DNA from: Candidatus Aenigmatarchaeota archaeon | GTDB lineage: Archaea > Aenigmatarchaeota > Aenigmatarchaeia > GW2011-AR5 | Reading direction: 5' to 3' | NCBI GenBank assembly: GCA_016187335.1 | Contig: JACPJW010000001.1 | Span: 32,001 to 96,000 of the forward strand | DNA length: 64,000 nt | Shown: one piece after another, positions 26,909 to 36,240 of the stretch | Position numbering within the stretch: position 1 is the first letter of the stretch | Layout of the letters: the number at the start of each line of letters is the position of its first letter | The notes under the pieces: model-generated | Told to the model about the DNA's origin: nothing | Databases searched by the model: none | Seen by the model: only the letters and a program-made list of their open reading frames with translations | Translations under genes and position numbers: made by a program

Positions 26909-27448
26909 TCACCTTTTTTTCTTATGAGTTTGTAAATATCTTCTTGCAAGGTACAATGACGCAATTACCCTTGCTTCAGTAAGTTGTTTTTTATCAATGA
27001 ATTTTTCAAAATGTTCAAAAGGGATTTTTGTTAATTCCATTTCTTCATCTTCGTCGCCCGGCAGTTTGTTTTTGGCCAGTTTCCTTGCCAGATACACATG
27101 GGTCTTGTGTCTTGTATTTCCTGGAGAAACAATCAGAGTGCCTAATGAAATAAGCTCGCCTGCTTTGTAGCCGATCTCTTCCTGCAGTTCCCTGTTTGCA
27201 GCTTCCAGAGGATTTCCAGAATCAACCCTGCCTTTAGGCAGGCTAAGTTGGTAATCATCGATAGCAGCAAAATACTCCTTTATCAATATCAACTTTCCGT
27301 CATCAGTTATAGGCACAATCAAAGATGAGTCCTTTTTCTCTACTAAATTGAACGTAATTTTTTTATCGTTTTTCAGCTTCAGGTCTATTTCCTTTATGGT
27401 GAAAATGCTAGTCTTGAAAACTTCTCTTTCCGCTATTACTTTTTTCAT
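26909..27448 (-). CDS. NUDIX hydrolase (ADP-ribose pyrophosphatase-like)
   Basis: KGRVDSGNPLEAANRELQEEIGY Nudix box. Confidence 0.9.
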   Translation of the reverse strand: MKKVIAEREVFKTSIFTIKEIDLKLKNDKKITFNLVEKKDSSLIVPITDDGKLILIKEYFAAIDDYQLSLPKGRVDSGNPLEAANRELQEEIGYKAGELISLGTLIVSPGNTRHKTHVYLARKLAKNKLPGDEDEEMELTKIPFEHFEKFIDKKQLTEARVIASLYLARRYLQTHKKKR

Positions 27449-28845
27449 TTTTGCTCACGCTCGAAAGCCGCGGCTGTTTCTATCAGTTTCGCTTCAGCGA
27501 GATGGTCCCCCAGTAAATGCAAGCCTACCGGCATGTTGTTGGTGAATCCGCAATTGATTGATAAATGCGGAATGCCTGCGAGGTTAGCAGGCACGGTCAA
27601 AACGTCCATCTGGTAGTTCTGCAGCGGCGTTAATTTTGCAATGTCAGCAAATTTGGGCGGCGCCACGGGCATCGTCGGTGCCGCGATGACGTCGTACTTG
27701 CCGAATGCTTTCTTGAAGTCCCTGATTATCAGCGTGCGCACCTGCATTGCCTTGAGGTAATAAGCGTCCCTGTAGCCGGACATGCGCGCGAAAGTTCCCA
27801 GCATCACGCGGCGCTTCGCTTCCGTGCCCAAGCCGGCGGCGCGCACCTTTGAGAAATATTCGTTGTATGTTCCTTCCAGGGGCATGTGCAGCCCGTACCT
27901 CATGCCGCAGTATTTCGCAAGGTTCGTTGATGCCTCGGCAGTTGCGATAATGTAGTAAGCGGCTAAAGCATACTTCGTCGTCGGAAGCGAGAACTCGCTG
28001 TAGGATGCGCCCAGGCTTTCCAGGCGCTCTATGGCTGACCAAACATTCCTGCTCACGGCTTCGTCGACGTTTTCAAAGTATTCCTTCGGCACTCCAATGC
28101 GCAATCCCGACAAATCTTTTTTCGCGGCATGCTTCGTGTAATCCTTTTTCTTTTCCTGCAGCGAGGTGCTATCCCTTGCATCATGTCCTGCGATGCACGA
28201 AAGCAGCAGTGCAACATCGTAAACCTGCCTTCCTATTAAGCCTATCTTGTCCAGGGAATTCGCGTAATCGATAAGCCCGTAGCGCGAAACCAGGCCGTAA
28301 GTGGGCGTCAGGCCGACAACGCCGCAGAAAGAAGCAGGGCATGAAATGCTCCCTCCTGTTGATTCTGCTAACGCCACGTGCGGCATGTTCAATGCGGCAG
28401 CAAGCCCTGCAGCGCCGCCTGACGAGCCGCCTGTGCTTCTTTGCGGGTCGTAAGGGTTTTTCGGCACGCCGTAAGCGCTGTTGGTGCTGAATGTGCCGAA
28501 GCCGAACTCGTCCTGCTGCGTCTTTCCTAAAATCCTGCAGCCTTCAGCGCGCAGCCTTTCAACAGCCGTGGCGTCGAAGTGCGGGACATAGCCTTCCAGA
28601 ATCCTAGACCCTGCCGTGCTTTGTATCCTTGCAGTGCATATGTTGTCCTTCACGCTTATCGGCAATCCGAAGAAGGAAGGCTCTATCGAAACAAACTTTG
28701 TCAGGTCTTCTATCGTTATGAGGAAATTATACTGCTCGTCCAGGGCGCGCGTTTTTTCCATCAGCTTCGCGACGAAATCAAGATAATCTATATTGCCGGC
28801 TTTCGACTGCTCAAGGAACTCGCGGACGGTGATGCTGTATTTCAT
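27445..28845 (-). CDS. gatA: Asp/Glu-tRNA amidotransferase subunit A
   Basis: ISVKDNI, GGSSGG, STGGSI amidase signature, RRVMLGTF. Confidence 0.95.
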   Translation of the reverse strand: MKYSITVREFLEQSKAGNIDYLDFVAKLMEKTRALDEQYNFLITIEDLTKFVSIEPSFFGLPISVKDNICTARIQSTAGSRILEGYVPHFDATAVERLRAEGCRILGKTQQDEFGFGTFSTNSAYGVPKNPYDPQRSTGGSSGGAAGLAAALNMPHVALAESTGGSISCPASFCGVVGLTPTYGLVSRYGLIDYANSLDKIGLIGRQVYDVALLLSCIAGHDARDSTSLQEKKKDYTKHAAKKDLSGLRIGVPKEYFENVDEAVSRNVWSAIERLESLGASYSEFSLPTTKYALAAYYIIATAEASTNLAKYCGMRYGLHMPLEGTYNEYFSKVRAAGLGTEAKRRVMLGTFARMSGYRDAYYLKAMQVRTLIIRDFKKAFGKYDVIAAPTMPVAPPKFADIAKLTPLQNYQMDVLTVPANLAGIPHLSINCGFTNNMPVGLHLLGDHLAEAKLIETAAAFEREQK

Positions 28846-29579
28846 GCCAGGGATTCGCCTCCGTCAACATTGTAGGCAGAACCTGTAACAAAGCTTGCGT
28901 CGTCCGAAGCCAGAAACAGGGCGACGTTCGCCACTTCTTCGGGTTTTCCCAGTCTCTTGAAAAGCGTGTGGTGGTCTATGTAATCTTTCAGGCCTTTTTT
29001 ATCGAACGATTTTCTCAGCAATGGCGTGTCTATAGGCCCGGGACAGATGCAATTAACCCTTATGTTCTGCTTTGCATAGGTCAGCGCCATTACCTTTGTC
29101 AGGTGTATAACCGCAGCCTTGGAAGCGCAATAAGCAGGCGATCCGGTTTCAGGAATTATTCCAAGCTCGGATGCAGTGTTAATAATAACTCCGGATTTTT
29201 TTCTTATCATTCCGGGGATGACGTATTTCGAGCACAGAAAAACTCCTTTCAGATTCACGTCGATGATTCTGTCCAATGTTTCCTCGGGAACCTCATGCAG
29301 AGGCATGTCTTCCCCGTAGATTCCTGCATTGTTGAACATAATATCAGTTTTGCCGTATTTTCTGAGCGTAGCTGAAACCAGGTTTTTTACGTCCTCGGGG
29401 TTGGAAACGTCGCATTTTACGAACAATCCTTTAATTTTATCCGCGACCCGTTTCCCTTCCATCTCGTTTACATCAGCTACAACAACCTTTGCGCCTTCCT
29501 TGGCAAACAGCAGCGCGGTGGCTTTCCCTATTCCTGATGCGCCGCCTGTAACAATGGCAACCCTGTCTCTGAGTTTCAT
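28842..29579 (-). CDS. Short-chain dehydrogenase/reductase
   Basis: TGGASGIG, NNAGI, YCASK, VNCICPG; start moved to MKLRDR. Confidence 0.92.
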   Translation of the reverse strand: MKLRDRVAIVTGGASGIGKATALLFAKEGAKVVVADVNEMEGKRVADKIKGLFVKCDVSNPEDVKNLVSATLRKYGKTDIMFNNAGIYGEDMPLHEVPEETLDRIIDVNLKGVFLCSKYVIPGMIRKKSGVIINTASELGIIPETGSPAYCASKAAVIHLTKVMALTYAKQNIRVNCICPGPIDTPLLRKSFDKKGLKDYIDHHTLFKRLGKPEEVANVALFLASDDASFVTGSAYNVDGGESLA

Positions 29580-29581
29580 AT

Positions 29582-29893
29582 TCAAACAACCTTCGGTCCC
29601 TTGAAAAATCCCTTCTCCTTGTGGTCGGTATTGAACAAGGCGCGCTCCTGCGTTATGCATTTTTCCGCGCTGTCTTCCCTCAAAACGTCGGCGAGCGGCA
29701 GCGGCTGGAACGACGGCTCCACATTCTTTGTATCAACACTATCGAGAACACGAAAAGCTGCAAGGATTTCGTTGAGGTCCTTCAGGAAGCGTTTTTTCTC
29801 GTCTTCTGTCAGGTCCAGGCGTGCCAGAGAAGCGACATGCTCGATGACAGCTGGGGTTATCCCGCCTGTTTTTTTCTTGGTCTTCGGAAGCAT
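29582..29893 (-). CDS. gatC: Asp/Glu-tRNA amidotransferase subunit C
   Basis: IEHVASLARLDL, LREDS, GFFKGPKVV. Confidence 0.92.
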   Translation of the reverse strand: MLPKTKKKTGGITPAVIEHVASLARLDLTEDEKKRFLKDLNEILAAFRVLDSVDTKNVEPSFQPLPLADVLREDSAEKCITQERALFNTDHKEKGFFKGPKVV

Positions 29894-29928
29894 ACATTTT
29901 AATTGGAAATAAACTATAAAAATTAGAA

Positions 29929-30480
29929 ATGTCAAAACAAAAAGCTCTCTCGGAACTGAAAGCTTTTATGCTTCGCGCCTTTCCGGGCAGGAAGCTCGTT
30001 TTTGGTCATGACAGGCTGAACGCAAAGACAGCGCTTATAGGCGAGGCGCCTGGCAAAGAAGAAGAAAGGACAGGAAAGCCCTTCGTCGGCAGGGCGGGAA
30101 AGCTGCTTGATAAAGCTCTGGAAAATGCAGGAATCAGCCGCAGCGGTGCTTACATAACAAACGTCGTGAAATTCCGCCCAACCAAGGGCAAGGCGAACAG
30201 GAAGCCAAATAAAAATGAAGTCCAGGCGTTCGCTCCTTTTTTGATAAAAGAACTGAAAATAATAAAGCCGCGTGTCGTCTGCACTTTAGGCGCAACTGCA
30301 CTTGAGGCTCTTACAGGCAGGAAGGAAATAACAAAACTTCGGGGAAAGATAATAAAAATAAAATCCGGCGGCCCGGTTTTGATTATTCTGCCGACTTATC
30401 ATCCTGCTGCTGTCCTGCGCTTCCGCAGGCTGCAGGGAAAATTTTTCAGCGACATCAGAAAACTGAAGAAGCTTGCGTGA
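29929..30480 (+). CDS. Family 4 uracil-DNA glycosylase lacking the Fe-S cysteines
   Basis: GEAPGKEE...PFVGRAG, TNVVKFRP, PTYHPAA. Confidence 0.9.
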   Translation: MSKQKALSELKAFMLRAFPGRKLVFGHDRLNAKTALIGEAPGKEEERTGKPFVGRAGKLLDKALENAGISRSGAYITNVVKFRPTKGKANRKPNKNEVQAFAPFLIKELKIIKPRVVCTLGATALEALTGRKEITKLRGKIIKIKSGGPVLIILPTYHPAAVLRFRRLQGKFFSDIRKLKKLA

Positions 30481-31881
30481 TTACTCCTTGTAGCCCATGA
30501 ATCTCTGCTCCGCTTCTCTTCCCCAGTCAATGCTGCCCGCGGCGCGCTGCACGACCTCTGACGCCGCAGGATGTATATGCACGGTGCCGGCAAGCTGGTC
30601 TGCCGTCAGGCCGCATTTCATCGCGATGATTGCTTCATGTATCAGCGTGGGGGCTTCAGGACCCATAATGTGGCAGCCGAGGATTTTCCTGCTGCGCCTG
30701 TCGGCAAGGATTTTCGCAAATCCGTTTTCCTCCGCTATTGCCAGACCCATTCCCGTGTCCTTGTAATGGTAAACCCCTTTTGCGTAATCCTTTTTCATCT
30801 CCTGCAATTCCTGCTCTGTATAGCCGGCAGCAGCAATCTGGGGCGAAGTGAATATGGCGTGCCCCATGGGCCAGTAATCAACGGGGTGCTTGTGCTTTGT
30901 AAAGGCATTGTGCCAGACGTATTCCGCCTCGAGGTTCGCGCTGTGCTTCAATAAGTATTTCCCTACAATGTCGCCGAGCGCCCACGTGCCCGGCGCTGTC
31001 GTTTCCAAGAATTTGTTGACCTTGACAAAGCCCTTCTCATTCACAGCGATGCCGCCTTTTTTAACGTCAAGCAGGTCCGTGTTCGGCACGCGCCCTGTCG
31101 CGACAAGCAGCGATTCCGCGCTGAGCTTTATCTGCCTTTTCTTCTGGTTTTCTGCAATAATGTAAATGCCGCCGGATTTTTTCTTCGCTTCCTTTGGCGT
31201 GTAGCCTAAAACTACTTTATGCTTTTTTGAAAACGCGTGCGTGAATGCTTCAGCAATCTCCCTGTCCTCCTCGCGCAGCATCACGCTTCTCTGCAATATT
31301 GTAACCTTTGTTCCGAGAGCGCCGAAGAAGTGTCCCAGCTCAGCGGCGATGTACCCGCCGCCGAGAATTATCATTGATTTTGGCTGCTTCGTGATGCGCA
31401 TTGCATTGTCGCTTGTCAGGTACTCTATGTCCTGCAGTCCTTCGATTAGCGGCACCGAAGGCCTTGTGCCCGCGGCCACGACGACTTTCCTGCCGCGTAT
31501 TTTCTTGCTGCCCACGGCGATCGTCCTTTCGCCGACGAAGCGCCCCCGCTTCTTGAAAAGCTCCATATTCTTGGCATGCCGGATGCTCTCCTCGATTTCC
31601 CTTGCTTCTTTATCAACAGCAGCGGACGCGCGCCTTGTTACTCTGGCAAAATCTATTTTCTGTATTTTAGAAATCACGCCGAACAGATGCGAAGTGCTTA
31701 TGGTCTCCGCCACGTCCGCGGAATGTATTATCATCTTGCTTGGTATGCACCCGCGGTTCAGGCACGTCCCGCCCATGGGACCTTCCTCGACTATTGCAAC
31801 CGAGAGCCCTTGCTCCGCAGCGGCCGAGGAAATATGCAGCCCCGAGCCCGCGCCGATGACGATGACGTCGAATTCCTTCAT
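30481..31881 (-). CDS. Class I pyridine nucleotide-disulfide oxidoreductase (dihydrolipoyl dehydrogenase / mycothione reductase-like)
   Basis: GAGSG, GGTCLNRGCIPSK, GGGYIA, HIHP. Confidence 0.9.
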   Translation of the reverse strand: MKEFDVIVIGAGSGLHISSAAAEQGLSVAIVEEGPMGGTCLNRGCIPSKMIIHSADVAETISTSHLFGVISKIQKIDFARVTRRASAAVDKEAREIEESIRHAKNMELFKKRGRFVGERTIAVGSKKIRGRKVVVAAGTRPSVPLIEGLQDIEYLTSDNAMRITKQPKSMIILGGGYIAAELGHFFGALGTKVTILQRSVMLREEDREIAEAFTHAFSKKHKVVLGYTPKEAKKKSGGIYIIAENQKKRQIKLSAESLLVATGRVPNTDLLDVKKGGIAVNEKGFVKVNKFLETTAPGTWALGDIVGKYLLKHSANLEAEYVWHNAFTKHKHPVDYWPMGHAIFTSPQIAAAGYTEQELQEMKKDYAKGVYHYKDTGMGLAIAEENGFAKILADRRSRKILGCHIMGPEAPTLIHEAIIAMKCGLTADQLAGTVHIHPAASEVVQRAAGSIDWGREAEQRFMGYKE

Positions 31882-31944
31882 TAGAAATAATTATGCAGAA
31901 CTGCAAATAAAAGCGATGTTTAACACAAGCTTTTCCGTTTTGAT

Positions 31945-32045
31945 AAATTTTTGATGCAAATTTTTCCGTCACAAGCAGAACACCGTTCTGCTGTGCAACA
32001 GAAACGAAGTTTCTGTTTGCAACGATTTTTGCGAAGCAAAAAGGG
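31945..32045. repeat. Cluster of hairpin repeat modules (B and C types)
   Basis: TTTTGATGCAAATTTT, CAGAAC-ACC-GTTCTG, CAGAAAC-GAA-GTTTCTG, TTTTTGC-GAA-GCAAAAA. Confidence 0.7.
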
Positions 32046-32258
32046 TTGAAAGAAAGAGGGGCGGCCGGCAAGGGGACTTGAATTTTAGGTTCTTGTCCTC
32101 AAACCAGCCGCCGTCTTTCGTGGGGTGTGGTCAGTATCAGGGTGAAAATCCAACAGGCGTTTCTGCGCTGTCTGGACCTATCATCGCTGTTTTCTGGACA
32201 GCGAAGGAATCTCAGAAAATTTTATTTCCCGAGATGGATGATGACATTTCCGTCTTTG

Positions 32259-33572
32259 CTATTTCTTCAATATTTTGATTCCGAGCTCTTTTTCCAGTGA
32301 TTCCTGCTTCCTCGGCAGGGAGCCCATGATGTACGGCGATTTGACGCCCGTGATGATGGTGATGACCTGGACCTTGTGCGCAAATTCCGGCAGTATGCGC
32401 GCGCCCCAGATTACCTGCGCGCTCGGGTCCAGCTGCGACTGCACGTAGTTGCCTATCCTGTTCACTTCCTCCAGGCGCAAATCAGGCCCGCCCGTAACGT
32501 GAACCATTGCTCCCTTTGCGCCGTTGTAGTCGACGTTGAGCAGCGGGTGGTTCATGGCTCGCTGCACCGCAAGCTCAGCGCGGTCCTCGTCCTCGGCATT
32601 CCCTACGCCGATAGCGGCAACGCCTCCGTAGCGCATTATGGCCTTCACGTCGGCGTAATCCAGGTTGATGAGGGACGGCTCGTAGATGGTCTCTGTTATC
32701 CCTTTTATCATTGAAGCAATCAGCCCGTCAGCAATGCCGAAAGCAGTCTTGAGCGGCAGGCTCTTGCCTAATTCAAGCAGTCGCTGGTTTTCTATGGCGA
32801 TTACGGTGTCGCAGCTCTGGCGCAGCGCAACCAGGCCCTCTTCGGCTTTGACGGCGCGGGCGCCTTCCAGCTTGAGCGGCAACGTCACTGCAGCAATAAC
32901 TATGGCGCCGGCATCCTTGGCAAATTTTGAGATAACAGGCGCGGCTCCCGTTCCTGTTCCGCCGCCGAGTCCGCATGTCACAAAAACCAGGTCTGTGTCC
33001 GCGAGCAGCTCCTTCAGTTCTCTTTTATTTTCCATGGCGGCGTTCTTGCCGACATCCGGATATCCGCCGGCTCCCAGGCCCTTTGTCAGGTTTTTTCCGA
33101 TAAGCACCTTCTGCTGCGCCTTCGTTATGTGAAGGTGTTTTGCGTCAGTATTGACAGCCACGGTCATCGCCCCGCTCACGCCCTTTTCGGTCAGCGCGGT
33201 TATGGTGTTGTTCCCTGCGCCGCCGACGCCGATGACCAGGATGCGCGCCTTGAACGCTTGGAATTCTTGCACATTATCAAAAGTAAGCCCGCTGTTCTTC
33301 TTCGGCTCTGGTGGAACCTGCTCTACCACGGGTTCTGCTATGGGTTCTGCTGCAGGCTCTATAGAAATAGGCTCATTTTGTACAGCCGGTTGTGCTTCTT
33401 GCATATCAGGAACTACAACTTCTTGTATTTCTGCAGCAGGAAGTGTTTCCTGGCTTTCAGCAGAAAAAACCTCTTGAACAGGTTCAGCTGGCCCTGCTGC
33501 CGGCACTGACGCTTCCGCATTTTCAGCAGCCGCAGCCTCGGTATTTTCTGTTATTTTTTCTTCCTCGGACAT
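32259..33572 (-). CDS. ftsZ: Cell division protein FtsZ with long acidic N-terminal extension
   Basis: VIGVGGAGNN, GLGAGG, GLGGGTGTG, NLDYAD; start moved to MSEEEK. Confidence 0.95.
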   Translation of the reverse strand: MSEEEKITENTEAAAAENAEASVPAAGPAEPVQEVFSAESQETLPAAEIQEVVVPDMQEAQPAVQNEPISIEPAAEPIAEPVVEQVPPEPKKNSGLTFDNVQEFQAFKARILVIGVGGAGNNTITALTEKGVSGAMTVAVNTDAKHLHITKAQQKVLIGKNLTKGLGAGGYPDVGKNAAMENKRELKELLADTDLVFVTCGLGGGTGTGAAPVISKFAKDAGAIVIAAVTLPLKLEGARAVKAEEGLVALRQSCDTVIAIENQRLLELGKSLPLKTAFGIADGLIASMIKGITETIYEPSLINLDYADVKAIMRYGGVAAIGVGNAEDEDRAELAVQRAMNHPLLNVDYNGAKGAMVHVTGGPDLRLEEVNRIGNYVQSQLDPSAQVIWGARILPEFAHKVQVITIITGVKSPYIMGSLPRKQESLEKELGIKILKK

Positions 33573-33652
33573 GGTTCTCCCACGGTTGTATATAACCGAA
33601 AATATACTTTCAGGCATCAAAAACTTCTTTTTAACCCCGTGATATATTCCCA

Positions 33653-33764
33653 TGTCCAAAGAATTAGTCCAAACGGTAAATATTTCCAAATTCGCTAGAA
33701 AATGTCCCAATTGTCCAACCGATTGTCCAGATCGGAAGTGCAATAACATTACGTCCCTGTCCAG
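33653..33764. promoter_or_regulatory. Array of TGTCCA-like direct repeats upstream of ftsZ
   Basis: TGTCCAA 33653, AGTCCAA 33666, TGTCCCAA 33703, TGTCCAA 33712, TGTCCAG 33724, TGTCCAG 33758. Confidence 0.45.
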
Positions 33765-33926
33765 GGGATGTAACTGATTCTTTTTTCTTTACCCAAGTTA
33801 AAAAGGATTTGTTTACTGGAGCATATATGTTAAATTGGCGGGTGGTTTCCTGTTTTATTCTGAATGTTAACCTACGCGAGTTGTAAGGGAAGAGTAGCTT
33901 AACGGAACAGAAAGATGTAAATATAA

Positions 33927-34499
33927 TTAATCCTCTTTCTCTAACCATGCTGTCTTGTTTTTTCCGTCGATTATCAGCTTGAAGCCGTGTTCAACAAGAA
34001 AGTTGATACCTATGAGATTAGGGGATTCAATACTTCCGTCCGTGTTTTCAATTGTGTCTCGTGTTGCCTTAAGCTCTTTAAAGCGCATCACATGAACACC
34101 TTCTTTACCATCATCATTTATTTTCTTGACCCAAAGAGTAACGTTTCGGACATAACCCATTTTGAACGGAGTTTCACCCCAGTAAATCAAATCCTTTTTT
34201 GTTCGGTATCTTATCGGTAAATTAAGTCTTTGGGAATCAGCGCCACCAATAAATGTCGTTGGGCTTCCGGTATAAACATAATCCACCGACTAAAGTCGGT
34301 GGTATTTTGGAGAAATACCACATATCTTATTTGTGGATTATGTTATACAGAACATACCACTCATAATACCACCATCTGAAGATAGGTGGTATGTTCTTGT
34401 ATCAATGGCAAAAAACAATCTACCCATTTTACCCATTCTTTCACAAAGCATTACACAGGAAAAGCCGATTTCATCTGTAAAAATCAGGGGGATCTTCAT
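33927..34499 (-). pseudogene. Retropepsin-like (clan AA) aspartic protease interrupted in its DTG motif
   Basis: Removing 34272..34400 joins MKIPLIF...FFAID to TGSPTTFI, giving a 147-aa ORF with DTGS and NLIGINFL. Confidence 0.85.
34272..34400 (-). mobile_element. 129-bp non-autonomous IS200/IS605-like palindromic element (MITE/PATE)
   Basis: Inserted 3' of TTGAT; hairpins CCACCGAC-TAAA-GTCGGTGG and ATACCACC...GGTGGTAT; no transposase in the window. Confidence 0.7.
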
Positions 34500-34508
34500 A
34501 CTATATGT

Positions 34509-34757
34509 TTACCAGATAACAACAAAATCCTTTTCGGGTATGAATTTTATAACAAGCTCTGCCGGATTTTCTCCTCTTTTCTTAAGTTTTTTAATTAATT
34601 TATCTAGTTTCTTATCAGTTTCAATAACTTTCCCATCTTTAACTGCAACATATTCGTTCTTGTATTCTTTTCTTACGGCCTCTTTATTTTCTGTAAGCCA
34701 AAGAAAATCCTTTTCGAACGCTTTTAGTGATTCTAGAATTTGTGCCTCCTCTTCCAT
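34509..34757 (-). CDS. DUF5678-like protein, partner of the aspartic protease
   Basis: DFLWLTENKE...EYKNEYVAVKDGKVI...LDKL. Confidence 0.8.
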   Translation of the reverse strand: MEEEAQILESLKAFEKDFLWLTENKEAVRKEYKNEYVAVKDGKVIETDKKLDKLIKKLKKRGENPAELVIKFIPEKDFVVIW

Positions 34758-34981
34758 TGGCGTTCCCTCTCGACCACTTTATTTTATTTGATTTTCCGTG
34801 ATATATAAGCGTAGTTTTATATTTTTCTTATTAAACCACAAGATACTTAAGCCGCTACCGCTCGCCAAGCTTACCGCTCCAAAAACCCTTTATCATCACT
34901 CGTTTCTTGAACGATAATGCTGGAGAATATATGTTAATCAGCCTCATAAGGGTGCTTTGCACAAAAATTTTGCCTTAGAAT

Positions 34982-36121
34982 CTAAACCCTGCTTTCCAGG
35001 CTGAACAGCACAGGCGCCAGAACTACCGTCAGCACGATGAACGATATCAGGATGGTGTAAATCTCACTGCTTATCAGGCCTTTCGTCAGCGCCACCTGCG
35101 AAATGACTATGCCGTACTCGCCGCGCGGTATCATGCCGACGGCGAAAATCCTCTGCGCCCTTCCGTCAAAGCCCGCGTAGCGCGACAAATAGCCGGAGCC
35201 GACAGCCTTTGCAGCGACGCCTGCGAAAAGTATGAGAAGTATGGTGTCGTAGTGCCTGAACATCGTAGGTATGTCAATGAAGACGGCGCTGTAGGCGAAG
35301 AACACGGGGATTATGAAATATCCCAGCGTGTTTATTTTAGGGGTGATCAGCGAATCCTTCAGCTCGCTCCTGCTCAAAGCCATGCCGGCAAGGAACGCCC
35401 CGCTTATCGCCGCCAGGTGGATTGATTCGCTGACAAAGGCGACGATGAAGACTATAGCCATCGGTATGGCAAGAAAAACCCCCTCGTCGTGCATCACTGT
35501 GAACATGTTGACGAAGCGGTTGATTATCTTGTCGCCCACTGCGTATATCAGGAATATGAATCCCAGAATAGCAAAGAAAAGCTTTGCCACGCCGTACAGG
35601 GAAATGCCCGCTCCTGAAAAGAATGCCACAAGCAGCGACAATGCAAGGATGGCTATTATGTCGTCAGCTATTGCCATTATGGCAAACACTTTGCCCATGC
35701 GCGTGTGATACTGCCCCCTGTCAATGAGTATTTTCAGCGGTATTGCCGTGCTCGTTGAAATCATCGCGACGCCGACCACGATGCCGGTTTTCCAGTCAGC
35801 GAAAATCAGGTCGCCCATCAGAAAGCCTGCCATGAACGTGAGCAAAGCCCCGCTGAAGGCAAGAGCGGAGCCGGTGTAAATGTCCCTCTGCAGATCCTCG
35901 AATTTCGTTTCCATGCCTATGAGGAACGCAAGAATCATGATGCCCAGAAGAGAAAATATCTCCAGAGCCCCGCTGGGATGAACCAGGCCGAGGACAGGCC
36001 CGGCAATAAGTCCTGCAGAAATCTGTCCCACAAGCGGGCTCATTCTCATCCTGCGGGTTATTTCCCCGAGGACGGTCGCGAGAAGTATTATCGTGCCCAG
36101 GTCCAGCAGCAGCTCGGACAT
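34982..36121 (-). CDS. Cation:proton antiporter (CPA2)
   Basis: STAIP...IADDI, ISGAFLAG, GMIPRGE. Confidence 0.9.
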   Translation of the reverse strand: MSELLLDLGTIILLATVLGEITRRMRMSPLVGQISAGLIAGPVLGLVHPSGALEIFSLLGIMILAFLIGMETKFEDLQRDIYTGSALAFSGALLTFMAGFLMGDLIFADWKTGIVVGVAMISTSTAIPLKILIDRGQYHTRMGKVFAIMAIADDIIAILALSLLVAFFSGAGISLYGVAKLFFAILGFIFLIYAVGDKIINRFVNMFTVMHDEGVFLAIPMAIVFIVAFVSESIHLAAISGAFLAGMALSRSELKDSLITPKINTLGYFIIPVFFAYSAVFIDIPTMFRHYDTILLILFAGVAAKAVGSGYLSRYAGFDGRAQRIFAVGMIPRGEYGIVISQVALTKGLISSEIYTILISFIVLTVVLAPVLFSLESRV

Positions 36122-36240
36122 GAAAGTAATTACGCCGCTTCAATATTAAAAGAAAGGGCTCGGGACGGCAGTAAAACAGGAATTTTTGACAAATTCACCA
36201 CTTAATCATAGTTTAAATTTCTAACGGTTAATGACAAAAC

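Noticed and set aside
32055-32115. tRNA 3' half, split tRNA or 5S rRNA at TTCAAGTCCCC
   Set aside because: No matching T-stem 5' strand, acceptor partner or 5S consensus; kept only as an unassigned structured spacer
33664-33948. 94-aa ORF upstream of ftsZ
   Set aside because: No motif, runs through the TGTCCA array and promoter-like DNA; probably spurious
34272-34400. Protease insert as a BHB intron
   Set aside because: The junction registers tested give no BHB; the TTGAT target and subterminal hairpins fit IS200/IS605 better
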